A DNA stretch of 64,000 nt from Patescibacteria group bacterium (GTDB lineage Bacteria > Patescibacteriota > Patescibacteriia > Patescibacteriales > UBA12465): assembly GCA_034002925.1 (NCBI GenBank), contig JAVEZP010000001.1, positions 66,523 through 130,522 on the forward strand. Reading direction: 5' to 3'. Below, in pieces: positions 48,235 to 58,878 of the stretch (the stretch's first letter is position 1; each line of letters starts with the position of its first letter). The translations under genes and the position numbers were made by a program. The notes below the pieces were generated by a model. That model saw nothing but the letters and a program-made list of their open reading frames with translations, had not been told where the DNA came from and searched no databases.

Positions 48235-48342
48235 AAATCCCCTTAGCTGCTTATACAAAAAGTGGACAAGCGCTGAACCTCTAGGAGGAAAGTGGTTGAG
48301 CGCTAATTACTTTTGTACAAGCAACCAAGGGGAGTTTTTAAC
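48233..48342 (-). ncRNA. Putative ~105-nt rod-shaped small RNA, family unknown
   Basis: About 25-bp outer stem with G-U pairs only on the minus strand, 11-bp inner stem, loop ACTTTCCTCCTAGA; promoter TTGACA(48376-71)-17-TAAAGT(48353-48); 3' U-tract. Confidence 0.65.
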
Positions 48343-48385
48343 TCTTTACTTTATATTAAAGCAGCCTAATTGTCAAGACTATTGC

Positions 48386-48413
48386 TTGACAGCTATGAGA
48401 TAAATAGTAAACT
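48386..48413 (+). promoter_or_regulatory. topA promoter
   Basis: TTGACA-16-TAAACT, back-to-back with the ncRNA promoter. Confidence 0.55.
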
Positions 48414-48458
48414 GAAGATATTATTATTTATGATAATCAGTTTTTATTATCGAAAATT

Positions 48459-50672
48459 ATGCAATTAATCATTGTCGAGTCCCCCACTAAAGCCAAAACA
48501 ATTAGTAAATTTTTAGACAAAAAATACCAAGTTGAGTCTTCTTTTGGTCATATTCGCGATCTTCCTAGTAGTACTATGGGCGTAGATATAGAAAATAATT
48601 TTGAACCTAAATACGTTATTCCCACTAAAAGTAAAAAAACTGTTTCCCAATTAAAAAAAGCAGCTGAAAAAGCAGAAACTATTATTTTAGCTTCTGATGA
48701 AGACCGCGAAGGAGAAGCAATTGCTTGGCATCTCAGTCAAGCTTTAAAGTTAAAAGATCAACAAATTAAAAGAATTGTTTTTCATGAAATTACTAAAAGC
48801 GCTATCTTACATGCCTTAGACCATCCACGCAGCATTAATCAAGATTTAGTAGATGCACAACAGGCGCGAAGAATACTAGATCGTTTAGTTGGTTATGAAC
48901 TATCTCCTTTCTTGTGGAAAAAAGTGGCTAAAGGATTATCAGCTGGTCGCGTTCAAAGTGTAGCTATTCGTTTAGTGGTAGAAAGAGAAAGAGAAATTAG
49001 TGCTTTTCAAGCTCAAGAGTACTGGACTGTGAATGCAAAATATTCTGTTGATAAATTAAAATACGAAGCAAATTTATTAAAAATTAATAATAAAAGTTTT
49101 GATAAATTAAGCATCAGCCAAGAAATTGCTGAAAAAATTGTTACCGCCTCACAAGGAGCTAGTCATCAGATTATTAAAATAGAGCGAAAAAAAACAACTA
49201 AACAACCTGGAGCTCCATTTACCACCTCCACCTTGCAACAAGCGGCTAATCGCTATCTTGGTTTTAGCGCTAAACAAACCATGATTGTTGCACAAAAGCT
49301 ATATGAACAAGGTTATATTAGCTACATGCGTACTGACTCTGTAAATTTATCCGCTCAATTTTTAGAAGAAGCAAAGGCTCATCTATTACAAACACTGGGA
49401 AAGGAATATGTATTAGATAAACCTCGAGTATTTAAGTCAAAAAGCAAGAACGCTCAGGAGGCTCACGAAGCAATTAGACCGACTCTGGCCAGTCGCGAAC
49501 CAGAATCAATGATGTCAATATTAGATCGTAATCAATATCGACTATACAATCTTATTTGGCAAAAATCACTAGCCACTCAAATGCCAGCCGCTGAGTTTAA
49601 TGCCAGTAATATTGATACCGAAATGACAGCTCAAAATCAAGATAAATATTTGTTTAGAGCTAATGGTCAAATCATGACTTTTGATGGCTATCTTAAAATA
49701 TATCCAGAAAAAACTAGTGAACAAGAGCTTCCACCAGTTAAAGAAAAGCAAACTGTCACTTTAGATAAATTAAATACTGAACAACATTTTACCAAAGCGC
49801 CAGCACGTTATAGTGATGCTGGTCTAGTTAAAGAGCTTGAAAAATATGGCATTGGTCGCCCATCGACTTATGCCCCTACAATTGCCACCATTATCACCCG
49901 TAACTATGTTGAGCGTAACTCAGAAAAACGTCTTCAAGCGACTCCTATCAGTTTTATAGTTAATGATTTACTGGTCGAACATTTCCCTAAAATTGTTGAT
50001 TATAATTTTACCGCTAGTCTAGAAGATTCTCTTGACCAAGTAGCTTTAGGTGAAAAAAGTTGGCAACCATTAATTGCTGATTTTTATCAAGACTTTCATA
50101 CTAATTTAGAAAAAAAATACGAAAATATTAAAAAAAGTGATATTATGCCTGAAGAAACATCCAATGAAAAATGTGATAAATGTGGTGCAAACATGCTAAT
50201 TAAAACTGGCCGCTATGGCAAATTTTTAGCTTGCAGCGCTTATCCTGAATGTAAAAATATTAAAAAAATGACAGGTGAAAAAATTAATCAAGAAGAAAAT
50301 CCTGATTTACAAAACCTAAAAGAAAAATATCGCAATGAAACATGTGACAAGTGCGGCGCAGAAATGGTGGTGCGAAATGGAAGATACGGACCATTTCTAG
50401 CTTGTAGTGCCTATCCTAAATGTAAAAATATTAAAAACATTAATGAGGAAAAAGGACCAGAAATTATTTGTCCAGCTTGTAAAAAAGGAAAAATAATTAA
50501 AAAATTTAGTCGTCGCGGTGCTTTCTATGCTTGCAGCGCTTACCCAGATTGTAAAAATGCTTACTGGGGACAACCAACTGGAGAAAAATGCCCTGATTGT
50601 GACTCGCTCCTCATTAAAAACAAAGAAGGTGAAATAGTTTGTAGCGATAAGGGTTGCGGCTATAAAAAATAA
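48459..50672 (+). CDS. topA: DNA topoisomerase I with C-terminal Zn ribbons
   Basis: IVESPTKAK, ASDEDREGE, SAGRVQS, ISYMRTDS, CDKCG...FLACSAYPEC repeats. Confidence 0.97.
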   Translation: MQLIIVESPTKAKTISKFLDKKYQVESSFGHIRDLPSSTMGVDIENNFEPKYVIPTKSKKTVSQLKKAAEKAETIILASDEDREGEAIAWHLSQALKLKDQQIKRIVFHEITKSAILHALDHPRSINQDLVDAQQARRILDRLVGYELSPFLWKKVAKGLSAGRVQSVAIRLVVEREREISAFQAQEYWTVNAKYSVDKLKYEANLLKINNKSFDKLSISQEIAEKIVTASQGASHQIIKIERKKTTKQPGAPFTTSTLQQAANRYLGFSAKQTMIVAQKLYEQGYISYMRTDSVNLSAQFLEEAKAHLLQTLGKEYVLDKPRVFKSKSKNAQEAHEAIRPTLASREPESMMSILDRNQYRLYNLIWQKSLATQMPAAEFNASNIDTEMTAQNQDKYLFRANGQIMTFDGYLKIYPEKTSEQELPPVKEKQTVTLDKLNTEQHFTKAPARYSDAGLVKELEKYGIGRPSTYAPTIATIITRNYVERNSEKRLQATPISFIVNDLLVEHFPKIVDYNFTASLEDSLDQVALGEKSWQPLIADFYQDFHTNLEKKYENIKKSDIMPEETSNEKCDKCGANMLIKTGRYGKFLACSAYPECKNIKKMTGEKINQEENPDLQNLKEKYRNETCDKCGAEMVVRNGRYGPFLACSAYPKCKNIKNINEEKGPEIICPACKKGKIIKKFSRRGAFYACSAYPDCKNAYWGQPTGEKCPDCDSLLIKNKEGEIVCSDKGCGYKK

Positions 50673-50729
50673 AATGATTAACAAAAAAACAAGCTGCTAA
50701 AGCTTGTTTTTAATTACTTGAATTTAATT

Positions 50730-51044
50730 TTATTTTCTATTGCTCTTTTTTTTATCTTCACTAGCAGAGCGCTTACGTTCTTGTCTTTGTTCAGCAAAAT
50801 CAAAGCCTTTCTTTACTAGATTACTTAAAATCATTAAATAAGAAGCACTGCTAGAGACTTTATCCTTGATTAAATCAATTAAAGACTCAGCTTTTTCCAC
50901 TCCACTTTCAATACGTTTAATTAGACGAAAAGTACGTCTGCCACTAGCAATAATATAATAAAGAGCCCAACAAATAAAGAATACCAGAGTGGCAATTGAA
51001 AGAGCGGCTACTAAATTTAAAATGTCTTTTGAGGTCTCTAACAT
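50730..51044 (-). CDS. Small membrane protein
   Basis: N-terminal TM plus coiled coil. Confidence 0.65.
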   Translation of the reverse strand: MLETSKDILNLVAALSIATLVFFICWALYYIIASGRRTFRLIKRIESGVEKAESLIDLIKDKVSSSASYLMILSNLVKKGFDFAEQRQERKRSASEDKKKSNRK

Positions 51045-51089
51045 AAATTTTATATCATTCTTATAATCAGAATGATATAATTACATTGA

Positions 51090-53516
51090 TTAACTAATTC
51101 TTATTTGAGCTTCAAATTTTTCTTGAAGATGTGTAACTAGCTGAGCTTGAATATTATCAACCAAAGTAGAGGTGAGAGTCTGGCTATTGTCTTGATACGT
51201 TAAATGAAAAGCCCAGCTCTTTTTATTTACTCCTAAATTTTCTCCTTGATAAATATCAAATAAATCAGCGGCTATTAACAAGGGATGAAAGTTGATTAAT
51301 TCCTTCCAGAAATCATTATACATTATTTTTTCATCTACCACAAAAGCGACATCACGACTAACCGCCGGATATTTAGGACTAGCTTCATAATTTAAGTTAG
51401 TATTTTTTTGCCATAAAGACATTAAATCAGGTAAATTAATCTCTGCGATTGCCACTTTAGTTTTTACACCAAACACACTAGCAGCTTGTTTATTGTATTG
51501 CCCTACAACGCCAATATTTTTTCCCAAACAAACTATTTGAGCTGCTCGATTTTTTTCAGACCAAGAAGGATTATTTTCTAAGGCAACAAACTCAATTAAT
51601 CCTTTAGGTAATAAGGCATTAAGCAATAGTTTAATTAATGACTTTAATTTAATTAATACTTCGTCTGCCTTATCACCGGCTACTAACATCCCTAAACGCT
51701 TACCTTGATAAGGTAAGTGATCGTCATTTTTAGAATCATTCTTTAAAAATATGCCCGGGCTATTAAGAAAAACTCGTCCAATTTCAAAAATAGCAAAATT
51801 ATCAAAATTAAACTGATTTAACCTTACATTTGACATCAAGCCAACAAATAAATTTTGTCTTAAAAGCTCATGATTGTTGTTCATGGGATTTAATAGACTT
51901 AGATAATGATCGCTACTTAAATTAAGTTTAGTTAAAGCTGATTCGCCCACAAAAGAATAATTATAGACTTCATTCATTGCTCCAGCACCACTTAAGACAT
52001 CTTTAATTTTATACTCAAATTCTCTTTCTGTATTTACAATTGGCATCTGTAACGAAGCAGTTGGCAAAAGCACAGGTACTTGATTATAACCAAGCACTCT
52101 CGCAATTTCTTCTAATATATCTTCAGGAATATTTACATCCTTAATAGCACGCCAACTAGGAACCTTTACTTTAAAAAGATTTTTTTCAGCAACAACTTGA
52201 AAACCCAAGTGTTCCAAAATATATAAAACATCTTTGCGACTAATGTCATAACCTAAACTTTTTTTCAACCATGAAAAATTAAACTCTATTTCTTTTTCTT
52301 TAGGCACATCTAAAAAGCTATCATTAATCGCACTAGCTAATTCTGCTTCGGGCATTATTTCTTTAATTAATTGCCAAGCTCTTTGCCAAGCTAATTGAGG
52401 CAAAAAGGGATCTAAAGTTTTTTCAAAACGCATCGATGCGTCTGTACGCAAATTTAAAGCTTGAGAAGAACGACGAATAGAAACAGCATCAAAAGTCGCG
52501 GCTTCTAAAATAATACTACTAGTATCTTCTTTAATGGCACTATTTAGTCCTCCCATAATACCAGCGATAGCAATAATTTCTTCTTGATTACTGATAACGA
52601 TTGTACCAGGATTTAAAACTCTTTCTTTTTCATCTAAAGTTTCCAAACTAGCCTCTTCTTTAGTTTGATGGACTATAATTTTTTTAATATTTGTCGCATC
52701 AAATACGTGCAAAGGTTGCCCCAATTCCAACATGACATAATTTGTAATATCTACCAAAGCATTAATTGGCTTCACGCCTAAAGCAGATAAACGATCCTTC
52801 AACCAAGCTGGAGATTCAATAGCTTTAACATTATTAATTTTAACCGCTATATAACGTGAACAGATTTTTTTATCTTCCACTTTAACATTAAGTTTCTCAT
52901 TCACTTTTGGCTTTATTAATTCTTCTGAAATATTAATTGCTTCTTTTAAAGGGCTCTTTAACAGCACACTTAATTCTCTCGCCATACCATAATGTCCCCA
53001 CAGATCGCCGCGATTAGAAAGAGACTTGTTATCAATTTCAAAAATGATGTCGTTTAAAGATAAATATTCAGCCAATGGTTGCCCCACTTTAGCTTTATCA
53101 GATAACACTAAAATACCTTCATGATCATCACCTAAACCAAGTTCATCTTCAGCACAAATCATGCCAAATGACTTCTCTCCCCTAATCTCTGACTCTTTAA
53201 TTTCTAAGCCATTAGGTAGCTTAGCTCCAATTAAAGCCAAGGCAACTTTTTGCCCAGCTTGTAAATTGGACGCTCCACAAACTATATCTAAAACTTCTTT
53301 TTTATAATCAACCTTAGCTAAACGCAGTCGATCCGCATTCGGATGAGGCGCGACTGATAATACTTTAGCGACTACCACTTTATTAAAATCATCTTGCTGT
53401 CGACGCCAAGACTCAACCTCAACCGTATGCATCGTTAATAATTCAGCAATATGCTCAGCTTCAATTTTAGCTGGAATTTTAACAAAATCTTTTAAGCAAT
53501 TAAGGGATAAATACAT
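51090..53516 (-). CDS. pheT: Phenylalanine--tRNA ligase beta subunit
   Basis: HPNADRL, SFGMICAEDELGL, NRGDLWGH, VDITNYVMLELGQPLH, FDX-ACB C-terminus. Confidence 0.96.
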   Translation of the reverse strand: MYLSLNCLKDFVKIPAKIEAEHIAELLTMHTVEVESWRRQQDDFNKVVVAKVLSVAPHPNADRLRLAKVDYKKEVLDIVCGASNLQAGQKVALALIGAKLPNGLEIKESEIRGEKSFGMICAEDELGLGDDHEGILVLSDKAKVGQPLAEYLSLNDIIFEIDNKSLSNRGDLWGHYGMARELSVLLKSPLKEAINISEELIKPKVNEKLNVKVEDKKICSRYIAVKINNVKAIESPAWLKDRLSALGVKPINALVDITNYVMLELGQPLHVFDATNIKKIIVHQTKEEASLETLDEKERVLNPGTIVISNQEEIIAIAGIMGGLNSAIKEDTSSIILEAATFDAVSIRRSSQALNLRTDASMRFEKTLDPFLPQLAWQRAWQLIKEIMPEAELASAINDSFLDVPKEKEIEFNFSWLKKSLGYDISRKDVLYILEHLGFQVVAEKNLFKVKVPSWRAIKDVNIPEDILEEIARVLGYNQVPVLLPTASLQMPIVNTEREFEYKIKDVLSGAGAMNEVYNYSFVGESALTKLNLSSDHYLSLLNPMNNNHELLRQNLFVGLMSNVRLNQFNFDNFAIFEIGRVFLNSPGIFLKNDSKNDDHLPYQGKRLGMLVAGDKADEVLIKLKSLIKLLLNALLPKGLIEFVALENNPSWSEKNRAAQIVCLGKNIGVVGQYNKQAASVFGVKTKVAIAEINLPDLMSLWQKNTNLNYEASPKYPAVSRDVAFVVDEKIMYNDFWKELINFHPLLIAADLFDIYQGENLGVNKKSWAFHLTYQDNSQTLTSTLVDNIQAQLVTHLQEKFEAQIRIS

Positions 53517-53528
53517 ACAAAAATTATT

Positions 53529-54554
53529 TTAAAATTGTTTCAGAAAGCGTAAATCGCCACTGTTAAATAAACGAATATCATCTATATTATACTTTAACAT
53601 CACTAAACGATTTAAACCAAAACCAAAAGCAAAGCCAGAATACACCTCAGGGTCGATACCGCCCGCTCGCATCACATTAGGATGAATTAAACCACAACCT
53701 AAAATTTCTAACCAGCCAGAATATTTACAAACACGACATCCTTGGCCGTGGCATAAGAAACAGGTATATTCCCCATTAGAGCCTGGCTCCACGAAAGGAT
53801 AGAATTTTGGCCTCATTCTTAATTGTGTCTCTGGGCCATAAAGTTTTTTACCAACCATTTCTAAAATACTTTTCATGTGGGCAAAATTAATATTTTTGCC
53901 AATCATCATTCCTTCTAATTGATAAAAAGTGTGTTCATGGCGAGCATCGGTTGCCTCGCAACGAAAAACTCTACCCGGCATAATTGCCCTCAGAGGTGCT
54001 CCATATTTTCTCATCGCTCTAACTTGAGTGTTAGAAGTTTGAGTTCGCATTGTTAAATCACTGACCTTATCCTCATTCTGACTTTTTACATAAAAAGTAT
54101 CCTGCATATCTCTAGCTGGATGATGCGGTGGAACATTTAACGCTTCAAAATTATAAAACTCACTCTCTAACTCCGGTCCATCTAAAACCATAAAGCCTAA
54201 AGAAGAAAAGAAGTCTTCAATCTCTCTTTGTACTAAAGTAATAGGATGAAGTGAGCCCTTCTCTAAATCCAGCCCAGGCAAACTAGGGTCGAAAAAATCT
54301 TCAGAGACATCATTTTCGATAGTTGACCGAGCTACATCAAAACGATTTTGGAGTTCTTTTTTAATGGCATTAGCCATTTCTCCTATCTCTCTGCGTACAT
54401 CTAAACTTAAATCTTTTAAGCCTCCTAAAATTTGACTCAACTCTCCTTTGCGAGATAAATAACGAAGCTCTAATTCTCTTAAAGTGTTGGCATCTGTAGC
54501 TTTTTCTAAATTATCAAGAAATTCCTGTTTTAGTTTTTCTAATTTTATTTTCAT
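53529..54554 (-). CDS. pheS: Phenylalanine--tRNA ligase alpha subunit
   Basis: HPARDMQDTFY, FYPFVEP, GFAFGFGLNRL. Confidence 0.97.
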   Translation of the reverse strand: MKIKLEKLKQEFLDNLEKATDANTLRELELRYLSRKGELSQILGGLKDLSLDVRREIGEMANAIKKELQNRFDVARSTIENDVSEDFFDPSLPGLDLEKGSLHPITLVQREIEDFFSSLGFMVLDGPELESEFYNFEALNVPPHHPARDMQDTFYVKSQNEDKVSDLTMRTQTSNTQVRAMRKYGAPLRAIMPGRVFRCEATDARHEHTFYQLEGMMIGKNINFAHMKSILEMVGKKLYGPETQLRMRPKFYPFVEPGSNGEYTCFLCHGQGCRVCKYSGWLEILGCGLIHPNVMRAGGIDPEVYSGFAFGFGLNRLVMLKYNIDDIRLFNSGDLRFLKQF

Positions 54555-54943
54555 ATTTTCTTGTATTTTTGTCTTCTATAACTAGTCACAAATAATTCTA
54601 AAATTACAAAAATGATTAATAGCAAACTAATATTTAACCATGTAAAAAGCTCAAGCGATAATAATAAAAAAGAAATACTGATAAATAAAGCAAACAGAAA
54701 TGATTGACGAAAGGCATTACTGACTGCATAAAAAACTAAAGAATGACGAAGAGCTACAAAACGTACAAAAAATCCTAATAAGGCAGCCGTGCTTGATAGA
54801 GATAAAAATAAAGACACGTAGAACAAAGATAAGCCCAACCAATTAGTGGCTAATGGATCAATAATATTTAAAATTAAAATAAAAATACCCCAAGCTAAAA
54901 TACTTAACAGGCCCATGACAATTAAATAATTTTTTAAAGTCAT
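54551..54943 (-). CDS. Four-TM hypothetical membrane protein
   Basis: Four hydrophobic segments; ATGA overlap with pheS. Confidence 0.7.
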   Translation of the reverse strand: MTLKNYLIVMGLLSILAWGIFILILNIIDPLATNWLGLSLFYVSLFLSLSSTAALLGFFVRFVALRHSLVFYAVSNAFRQSFLFALFISISFLLLSLELFTWLNISLLLIIFVILELFVTSYRRQKYKKI

Positions 54944-54947
54944 AAAT

Positions 54948-57563
54948 TTATTCTTTACTTAAAGTTTTATTAATCTGCTCAAGTTCAAATTGATACTTTT
55001 CTAATTTTTCCTTCTCTACACTCACCACATTAGCTGGAGCCTTATTAACAAAATCCTTATTTTCTAAACGATGCTTTAAAGCGCTAATTATTTGAGTAAG
55101 CTGTTTTTGTTCTTTGAGTAATCTTTGCTGTTCTTTCTCAGGGTCAATCGCACCTAAAAGATATATTTCTGTGGCTCCTAAAACTATCTTAATTGCCTTG
55201 TCTTCTATATTTTGATGAACAAGCTCAAGGCTTTCAACTCCTGTTTTTAAGCCTATAATTAAATGGGCTTGTTCTAATAATAAATTAGCTTGTGCTCCAG
55301 CCACTAGAGCTTTAACTTTACGCGCCGGTTCTATCTTGTTGGCGCTTCGAGCATTGCGAATCGCCACAATCGCTTCTTGAATGAAAATAAAGTCTGACGG
55401 TGACACAATCGCTTCATCTCTAGCTTGAGGCCAAGCGGTAGTCATTAATAAAGAATCAGAAAAACTTTGCCAGATTGTTTCAGTCACAAAAGGAATAAAG
55501 GGATGCCACATAATCAAGAGGGTTTTAAGGATGTGTAATAATATTTCATCTTTATTACCCTCAATCTTAGCAATTTCTAAATACCAATCCGCCAACTTAT
55601 TCCAAGTATAATCATACAATAATTCTGAGGCAGCCGAAAAATCATAATTATTTAATAATAAAGTGCTTTCTCTAACTACTTGATTTAATTCTGCCATTAT
55701 CCATTTATCCGCTAAACTTTTTGGCACTGGCTGAAGATCTTTAATTTCCAAGTTATCACTTTGAATATTACTGAGAATAAAACGAGAGATATTCCATAAT
55801 TTATTAATAAAATTACGTTTAGATTCAATCTTTTCTTCATTATAACGAGCATCATTACCAGGTGTAGAGCCCATTAATAATGACAACCTAACAGCATCGG
55901 CTCCATATTTGTCAATCACCTCTAAGGGGTCAACGCCATTACCTTTTGATTTAGACATTTTCTTGCCATTACTATCTAAAATGGTGCCATGTAAATATAC
56001 TTTCGAAAATGGTTTTTCTCCCAAAGCAAACAGAGACATCATAATCATGCGTGAAACCCAAAGGGTTAGGATTTCATAACCAGTTTCTAACACTTGCGTA
56101 GGATGAAATTTAGCTAGATCATTCTGCTTTATCTGATTTTGATAATTACGAGGCCAACCAAGTGTAGAAAAGGTCCACATACCAGACGAAAACCAAGTGT
56201 CTAGCGTGTCTTCATCTTGTTGCCAATCTGATCCAGAGGGAGCATTAAGACCAACATAAACCTCATCACCCCGATACCAAGCAGGGATACTATGACCAAA
56301 CCAAATTTGGCGAGAAATACACCAATCATGCAAATTTGTCATCCAATCTTGATAGCGCTTTTCAAATCTATTAGGAATAAATTCTAATTCTTTGTTCAAA
56401 GACAATTCTAAAGCGGCTGCCTTCATTGATTTATTACCTAGCTTGACAAGAGGCTTGTCTACTGCTACAAACCACTGCTTAGAAGGTAAAGGCTCAATAG
56501 GAGTGTCACAGCGATAACAACAAGAAAGATTATGATCAATTTCTTCTTCTTTCTCCATCAAGCCTCGAGCTTTTAATTCGGTCACTATTTTTTCTCTTGC
56601 CTCTTTCGCTGTTAATCCGGCATAGACACCAAAGCCAGGCAATATTCTTGCATCCTCATCAATTACTTTAATAGTAGACAATTGATGCTTTTGGGCCATT
56701 TGCCAATCTATCTCTGAATGGGCTGGTGTTACCCCTAAAGCCCCCGTGCCAAAATCTGCTTCCACTTGTTCATCTGCTACCACTTTTAAATTTAAAGCTT
56801 GACCGCAAAAATCTAAATTATATGTTTTTGCTATTTCTGATTGATAGCGACTATCATTAGGATTAACCGCAATAGCTGTATCTCCTAATTTAGTTTCTGG
56901 ACGAGTGGTAGCAATGGTAATTGGACAATCATGACTATATTTAAAAGTGTATAAAATTGTTTTTTGTTCTTTGTATTCAACCTCATCATCCGCTAAAGTT
57001 GAATGACAGCGAGGACACCAATTAACCAATCTTTCACCACGATAGATAACACCCGCCTCATACATATCAACAAACATACGACGCACTGACTCCTGTCTAT
57101 CCTCATCCAGTGTGAAAGCTAAACGTGACCAATCCAAAGATGCTCCCATTTTACGAATTTGACCTAAAATCGTATTTTGAGTTTCTTTAACAAACTTATC
57201 TACTTCTATCAGAAACTTTTCCTTGCCTAAATCATGTCGAGTAAGCTGTTTTTCGGCTAACATTTTTTTCTCAACCATGTTTTGAGTAGCAATGGCAGCA
57301 TGATCTGTGCCTGGTAACCATAAAACTCGCTCACCCTGTTGACGGTGATAGCGAACCATTAAATCTTCAATAGCCAACATAGCACTATGCCCTAAGTGTA
57401 ATTTTGCTGTAATATTAGGGGGTGGCAAAATAACCGTATAACTAGGCGCATCGGCATTAAGCTGAAGATTATCTGGATTAAAACAACCAGAATTTTCCCA
57501 TTTTTGATAAATAGAATCCTCGTGTAAGGCAGGGTTATAGCTTTTATCTAATTCTTGTTTCAT
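54948..57563 (-). CDS. valS: Valine--tRNA ligase
   Basis: PPPNITAKLHLGH, DHAAIATQ, WCISRQIWFGH, KMSKS, C-terminal coiled coil; start placed at MKQE. Confidence 0.97.
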   Translation of the reverse strand: MKQELDKSYNPALHEDSIYQKWENSGCFNPDNLQLNADAPSYTVILPPPNITAKLHLGHSAMLAIEDLMVRYHRQQGERVLWLPGTDHAAIATQNMVEKKMLAEKQLTRHDLGKEKFLIEVDKFVKETQNTILGQIRKMGASLDWSRLAFTLDEDRQESVRRMFVDMYEAGVIYRGERLVNWCPRCHSTLADDEVEYKEQKTILYTFKYSHDCPITIATTRPETKLGDTAIAVNPNDSRYQSEIAKTYNLDFCGQALNLKVVADEQVEADFGTGALGVTPAHSEIDWQMAQKHQLSTIKVIDEDARILPGFGVYAGLTAKEAREKIVTELKARGLMEKEEEIDHNLSCCYRCDTPIEPLPSKQWFVAVDKPLVKLGNKSMKAAALELSLNKELEFIPNRFEKRYQDWMTNLHDWCISRQIWFGHSIPAWYRGDEVYVGLNAPSGSDWQQDEDTLDTWFSSGMWTFSTLGWPRNYQNQIKQNDLAKFHPTQVLETGYEILTLWVSRMIMMSLFALGEKPFSKVYLHGTILDSNGKKMSKSKGNGVDPLEVIDKYGADAVRLSLLMGSTPGNDARYNEEKIESKRNFINKLWNISRFILSNIQSDNLEIKDLQPVPKSLADKWIMAELNQVVRESTLLLNNYDFSAASELLYDYTWNKLADWYLEIAKIEGNKDEILLHILKTLLIMWHPFIPFVTETIWQSFSDSLLMTTAWPQARDEAIVSPSDFIFIQEAIVAIRNARSANKIEPARKVKALVAGAQANLLLEQAHLIIGLKTGVESLELVHQNIEDKAIKIVLGATEIYLLGAIDPEKEQQRLLKEQKQLTQIISALKHRLENKDFVNKAPANVVSVEKEKLEKYQFELEQINKTLSKE

Positions 57564-57671
57564 ACCTTTTAAATTACCAAAAATAAGCCTTGGCGTCAAC
57601 TCTAAATTACCTTGACTCTAGCGAAAAATAATTATATATTTAATGGTTGCTCTAATCATAATTTAATCCTA

Positions 57672-58838
57672 ATGCTTAATCTGGAAGAACAAATTAATAA
57701 ACAACTCCAAAAAGCCAACAACATCTTAATTGTCTTTAATTCAGATTGGGAAGGAGACGCTATTGCTTCATCTTTAGCTTTGTTTTTATTTCTAAAAAAA
57801 ATCAATAAAAATGTTGATATAGCAGCTGCTAAAAATTCCTTTATTGCTCCTGAAAAAAATGATAAACATCTTTGGCAATTTCTGCCATCCTTTCAGTCTA
57901 TTACCCACACCTTAGTTAACTTAAGAAAATTCATTGTTTCTCTAAATATTAAACAAGCCAGTATTAGTCAGATTAAATACAGCGTTGAAGGAGAAAAATT
58001 AAACTTTATTATTGCTCCCGAAAAAGGCTGGTTCAAACCAGAAGACGTAAGCTCACATTCTAGCGGCTTTAAATATGATTTAATCTTTTGTGTGGACAGC
58101 CCCGATTTAGAATCTCTTGGTAGTATTTATGATAATAATGTAGAATTTTTTCATAAAACTCCTATTATTAATATTGACCATCAAGCTGATAATGAAGAAT
58201 ATGGACAAATTAACTATTTAGATTTAAATCTCGCCTCTAGCGCAGAAATGATATATCGAATTATTAATAATCATAATTCAGAAATGATGAATGAAGATAT
58301 TGCCACTTGTCTATTAGCGGGCATCATTGCCAAAACTAAAAATTATAAAGTACCAAATTTAACCCCTCGTACACTTTTAACTAGCTCTAAATTAATCAGT
58401 GCCGGTGCTCGTAGAGAAGAAATAGTACAAAACATTTATCGTTCTCGTTCCTTAGAATCACTAAAAGCTTGGGGTCAAATATTAAGTAATTTAAATAATA
58501 GTAGTGAGTATAAATTAATTTGGTCAACTATTGAATTACAAGACTCTCAATCTTTAGATGATGAAATTTTTCACTTTGATGAATTAGCTGAAGAAATATT
58601 TAGCAGCTCTCCTCAGGCTCAAATATTTATATTACTCGCTAAATGTAAAAACAATAAAGAAGGCGAAATTCTAGCTTACGCCAATAAAGGCTATAGCGCT
58701 CACCATCTTTTAACTGAATGGCGGATAATTTACAAAAAACAACAGAAGGTTTTGGCTGATAATGTAACTATTAATGATAACTGGCCTCACGATTTATTAG
58801 AAAGTATCAAAAAACGTCTTGATAAAAATGTCCGCTGA
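57672..58838 (+). CDS. DHH/NrnA-like phosphoesterase homolog with degenerate motifs
   Basis: GDAIASSLAL, INIDHQ, ASSAEMI, IATCLLAGII; start placed at MLNL. Confidence 0.75.
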   Translation: MLNLEEQINKQLQKANNILIVFNSDWEGDAIASSLALFLFLKKINKNVDIAAAKNSFIAPEKNDKHLWQFLPSFQSITHTLVNLRKFIVSLNIKQASISQIKYSVEGEKLNFIIAPEKGWFKPEDVSSHSSGFKYDLIFCVDSPDLESLGSIYDNNVEFFHKTPIINIDHQADNEEYGQINYLDLNLASSAEMIYRIINNHNSEMMNEDIATCLLAGIIAKTKNYKVPNLTPRTLLTSSKLISAGARREEIVQNIYRSRSLESLKAWGQILSNLNNSSEYKLIWSTIELQDSQSLDDEIFHFDELAEEIFSSSPQAQIFILLAKCKNNKEGEILAYANKGYSAHHLLTEWRIIYKKQQKVLADNVTINDNWPHDLLESIKKRLDKNVR

Positions 58839-58878
58839 TGATATAACAAAAAAGAAGTCTAGTCTAAGACTTCTAAAA

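Noticed and set aside
48238-48333. SRP (4.5S) RNA
   Set aside because: Size fits, but the conserved helix-8 CAGG/AGCA internal loop and GNRA tetraloop are absent on both strands
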